From NCBI GenBank assembly GCA_964435035.1, contig CAYSXR010000003.1, positions 19,553 through 83,552 on the forward strand: a stretch of DNA of 64,000 bases, in the 5' to 3' direction. The notes under the pieces were generated by a model that was not told the origin of the DNA, ran no database searches, and saw only the letters and a list, made by a program, of their open reading frames with translations. Of the stretch, positions 61,558 to 64,000 are shown in pieces (the stretch's first letter is position 1; each line of letters starts with the position of its first letter). Source of the DNA: an uncultured Gammaproteobacteria bacterium (GTDB lineage: Bacteria > Patescibacteriota > Patescibacteriia > Magasanikbacterales > UBA922). A program made the translations under genes and the position numbers.

Positions 61558-64000
61558 CTATTTCTTTTTACTTTTTACTTTTTCGTTTTTACTTGTTGCA
61601 GCAAGCTCTAGCTTTAGGTACTCGCCAGTGAGGCTATTTTTTGCTTTGATTACTTGCTCGGGTGTGCCTGAAGTGACTACTTGCCCGCCATGTTTTCCGC
61701 CCCCTGGACCCAAATCAATGATCCAGTCTGAGCATTTGATAATATCAAGGTTATGCTCGATTACGAGTATCGTGTTTCCTTTGTCTACAAGTTGATTTAA
61801 GACATGAAGCAGTTTTTTGATATCTTCAAAATGAAGACCGGTCGAAGGCTCATCCAAAATATAAATTGTTTTGCCTGTTGATCGGCGTGAGAGCTCGGTT
61901 GCGAGCTTGATTCTCTGTGCTTCTCCACCCGAGAGTGTGGTAGCTGGCTGTCCGAGCTGTACATATCCCAATCCAACATTTCGGAGTATCTGGAGTTTGT
62001 CAGTAATTGGTTGTTTGCCTTGAAAAAATTTGAATGCTTCTTCTACAGTCATTTTGAGTACTTCAGCAATATTTTTTTCTTTATAGTGAATTTCAAGTAC
62101 ATCTCTCGTATAGCGTGTACCGTGACATTCACTACATTCTACAAATACATCATTTAAGAAATGCATAGGGATGGTGACGTATCCTTCTCCTCCACACGCT
62201 TCACAGCGTCCATCACCTTTTACATTGAAACTAAAGGTGCCTGCCTGATATCCACGCAATTTTGATTCAGGGAGCTCGGCATAGAGATCACGAATCATGG
62301 TGAATATACCGGTATAGGTAACAGGGTTACTGCGAGGAGTTCTTCCAATCGGGGTCTGGTCAATTGCGATTACTTTGTCGATGTTTGATAATCCTTTAAT
62401 ATCGTCGTGTGCACCCGGTTCATCTTTTGCACGATAGAATTTTTTCTCCAGTGATTTGCCAAGGATATCGAGAATAAGCGTGGATTTTCCTGATCCTGAT
62501 ACGCCAGTAATGCTTACAAACATGGCAAGTGGAATTTCTACATCAATATTTTTAAGGTTGTTTGCCTTGGCACCAAGAATGGTAAGTTTTTTACCACTTC
62601 CTTTTCGTGGTTTACCTGGTGCTCTGATTTCTTCTGCGTTTGAAAGATATCTTCCAGTGAGGGATTTGTCTGATTTAATCACTTTGTCAGGAGTGCCTGC
62701 AGCCATAATCTCTCCGCCATATTCTCCGGCTCCAGGGCCGATATCTATGAGATAATCAGCTGCTTTCATGATGGCTTTATCGTGTTCAACCACGATTACG
62801 GTGTTTCCTGCATCACGAAGAGACATGAGTGTCGTAATGAGTTTACTATTGTCTTTGGGATGTAGTCCAATTGAAGGTTCATCAAGGATATAGATGAGAC
62901 CAGATAAACCAGCAGAGAGCTGAGTCGAGAGGCGTACACGCTGTGATTCACCACCTGAGAGGGTGTTTAGTGATCGGTCGAGTGTGAGATATGCAAGTCC
63001 TACATCAATCAAATGTTCGATTCTTCGTCTAACTTCCAATGCAATAGGTTTTGCGATTGATTTTTCTTCATTACTTAATTTTTTTGCAATACCACTGGTC
63101 TGATTTTCAAGTGATTGAAATATTTGATACGATTCTTCGAGACTCATTTCTGCGATATCAGCAATAGAATAATCTGAAATTTTGATATTCAAGCTATCTT
63201 CTTTTAATCGTTTGGTGTCACATACTGAACATGTTTTTTCACGCATGTATACTTCGATTTCTTTTTTTACATACTCTGATTTGGTCTCAATATATCGTGC
63301 GGTGAGATTGGGGATCACTCCTTCGTAGTTTGTTTTTTTGCCTTTTACTAAATATTCCTGGCCATCAGTTCCATAGAGGATGATATCCATGACTGATTGA
63401 GGTAATTCTTCAATTGGACGGGAAAGAGAAAAATTGTGTGCAAAAGCAACTTCAGTGAGAATCTCCATGAGACCTGTATTATTTCCAACGAGCCTGGTCC
63501 ATGGCTGAATAGCACCTTCTTCGACGGTAAGTTTTTGGTTTGGAATAACGAGTTCTGGGTCAACTTCCAATGTTTTTCCAAGTCCTGTACAGCGAGGACA
63601 TGCACCATAGGGGCTATTGAAACTAAATGATCGTGGCTCGATATGTGAGAATGTTCGTTTGCAAGAGCTACATACCGGGATTTGTGAAAATGAAGTTTCT
63701 TCGTCTGTTTCGGGATCATAGACAAGAACGTGTCCATTGGAAAAATCGAGTGCTTTTAAAACATGCTTTGCAAATGATTCTTTGAGTACATTTTTCAATT
63801 CTCCAATGATTACCTCAACATCATATTTATATGAAGGATTGAGTGTGATCGTCGATAGTTGTTTGATCGATGTCTCAACGCCGTTTAAGCGGATTGAAGG
63901 ATACCCAGTTTTTTCCACTCGATGTTTTAATTCTTTATTGGTAATAGATTCTTGGCGGATGATAGGGGAGAGAAGCAAACTCTCTGGAGATTTTTTGGCG
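61558..64000 (-). CDS. uvrA: Excinuclease ABC subunit A (5' end off-window)
   Basis: FSFNSPYGACP, LSGGESQR, GVSGSGKS, RTPRSNP, LSGGEAQR. Confidence 0.97.
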   Translation of the reverse strand, partial: AKKSPESLLLSPIIRQESITNKELKHRVEKTGYPSIRLNGVETSIKQLSTITLNPSYKYDVEVIIGELKNVLKESFAKHVLKALDFSNGHVLVYDPETDEETSFSQIPVCSSCKRTFSHIEPRSFSFNSPYGACPRCTGLGKTLEVDPELVIPNQKLTVEEGAIQPWTRLVGNNTGLMEILTEVAFAHNFSLSRPIEELPQSVMDIILYGTDGQEYLVKGKKTNYEGVIPNLTARYIETKSEYVKKEIEVYMREKTCSVCDTKRLKEDSLNIKISDYSIADIAEMSLEESYQIFQSLENQTSGIAKKLSNEEKSIAKPIALEVRRRIEHLIDVGLAYLTLDRSLNTLSGGESQRVRLSTQLSAGLSGLIYILDEPSIGLHPKDNSKLITTLMSLRDAGNTVIVVEHDKAIMKAADYLIDIGPGAGEYGGEIMAAGTPDKVIKSDKSLTGRYLSNAEEIRAPGKPRKGSGKKLTILGAKANNLKNIDVEIPLAMFVSITGVSGSGKSTLILDILGKSLEKKFYRAKDEPGAHDDIKGLSNIDKVIAIDQTPIGRTPRSNPVTYTGIFTMIRDLYAELPESKLRGYQAGTFSFNVKGDGRCEACGGEGYVTIPMHFLNDVFVECSECHGTRYTRDVLEIHYKEKNIAEVLKMTVEEAFKFFQGKQPITDKLQILRNVGLGYVQLGQPATTLSGGEAQRIKLATELSRRSTGKTIYILDEPSTGLHFEDIKKLLHVLNQLVDKGNTILVIEHNLDIIKCSDWIIDLGPGGGKHGGQVVTSGTPEQVIKAKNSLTGEYLKLELAATSKNEKVKSKKK

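Overview
64 kb of core chromosome from a low-GC bacterium using the standard code 11. It is most likely Patescibacteria/CPR (Parcubacteria-like), inferred from the short 5S, trimmed 23S helices, a 23S-5S locus without 16S, mostly SD-less core genes and orphan surface proteins. It carries translation genes (secE-nusG-rplK, rplY, rpmE-prfA-prmC, rpsB-tsf, rpsO-pnp, rplS), gyrB, rodA, uvrA, a Zur/ZnuABC locus, a 23S rRNA with a group I intron, 5S rRNA, tRNA-Leu(UAG) and tRNA-Ile(UAU). A long metabolic run follows: fbaB, TrmB, a GlmU lacking its acetyltransferase domain, tdh, kbl, glmS, yvcK, GNATs and a three-piece ATP-dependent citrate cleavage enzyme. Main observations: (1) a small GIY-YIG nuclease sits between a real tRNA-Ile(UAU) and pseudo-tRNA copies carrying the same inserted hairpin, with a similar scar at tRNA-Leu; (2) many families of short-period tandem/inverted repeats and REP-like palindromes occur at gene junctions and in frame inside prmC, glmS and ccl; (3) the L2500 group I intron ends in A rather than omega-G; (4) a possible eukaryote/Mimivirus-like UDP-GlcNAc route is clustered with two acetyl-CoA sources; (5) there is an uncalled 40-aa histone-H1-like protein; (6) there are two candidate unnamed ncRNAs. 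All calls come from reading the sequence; no database searches were run.
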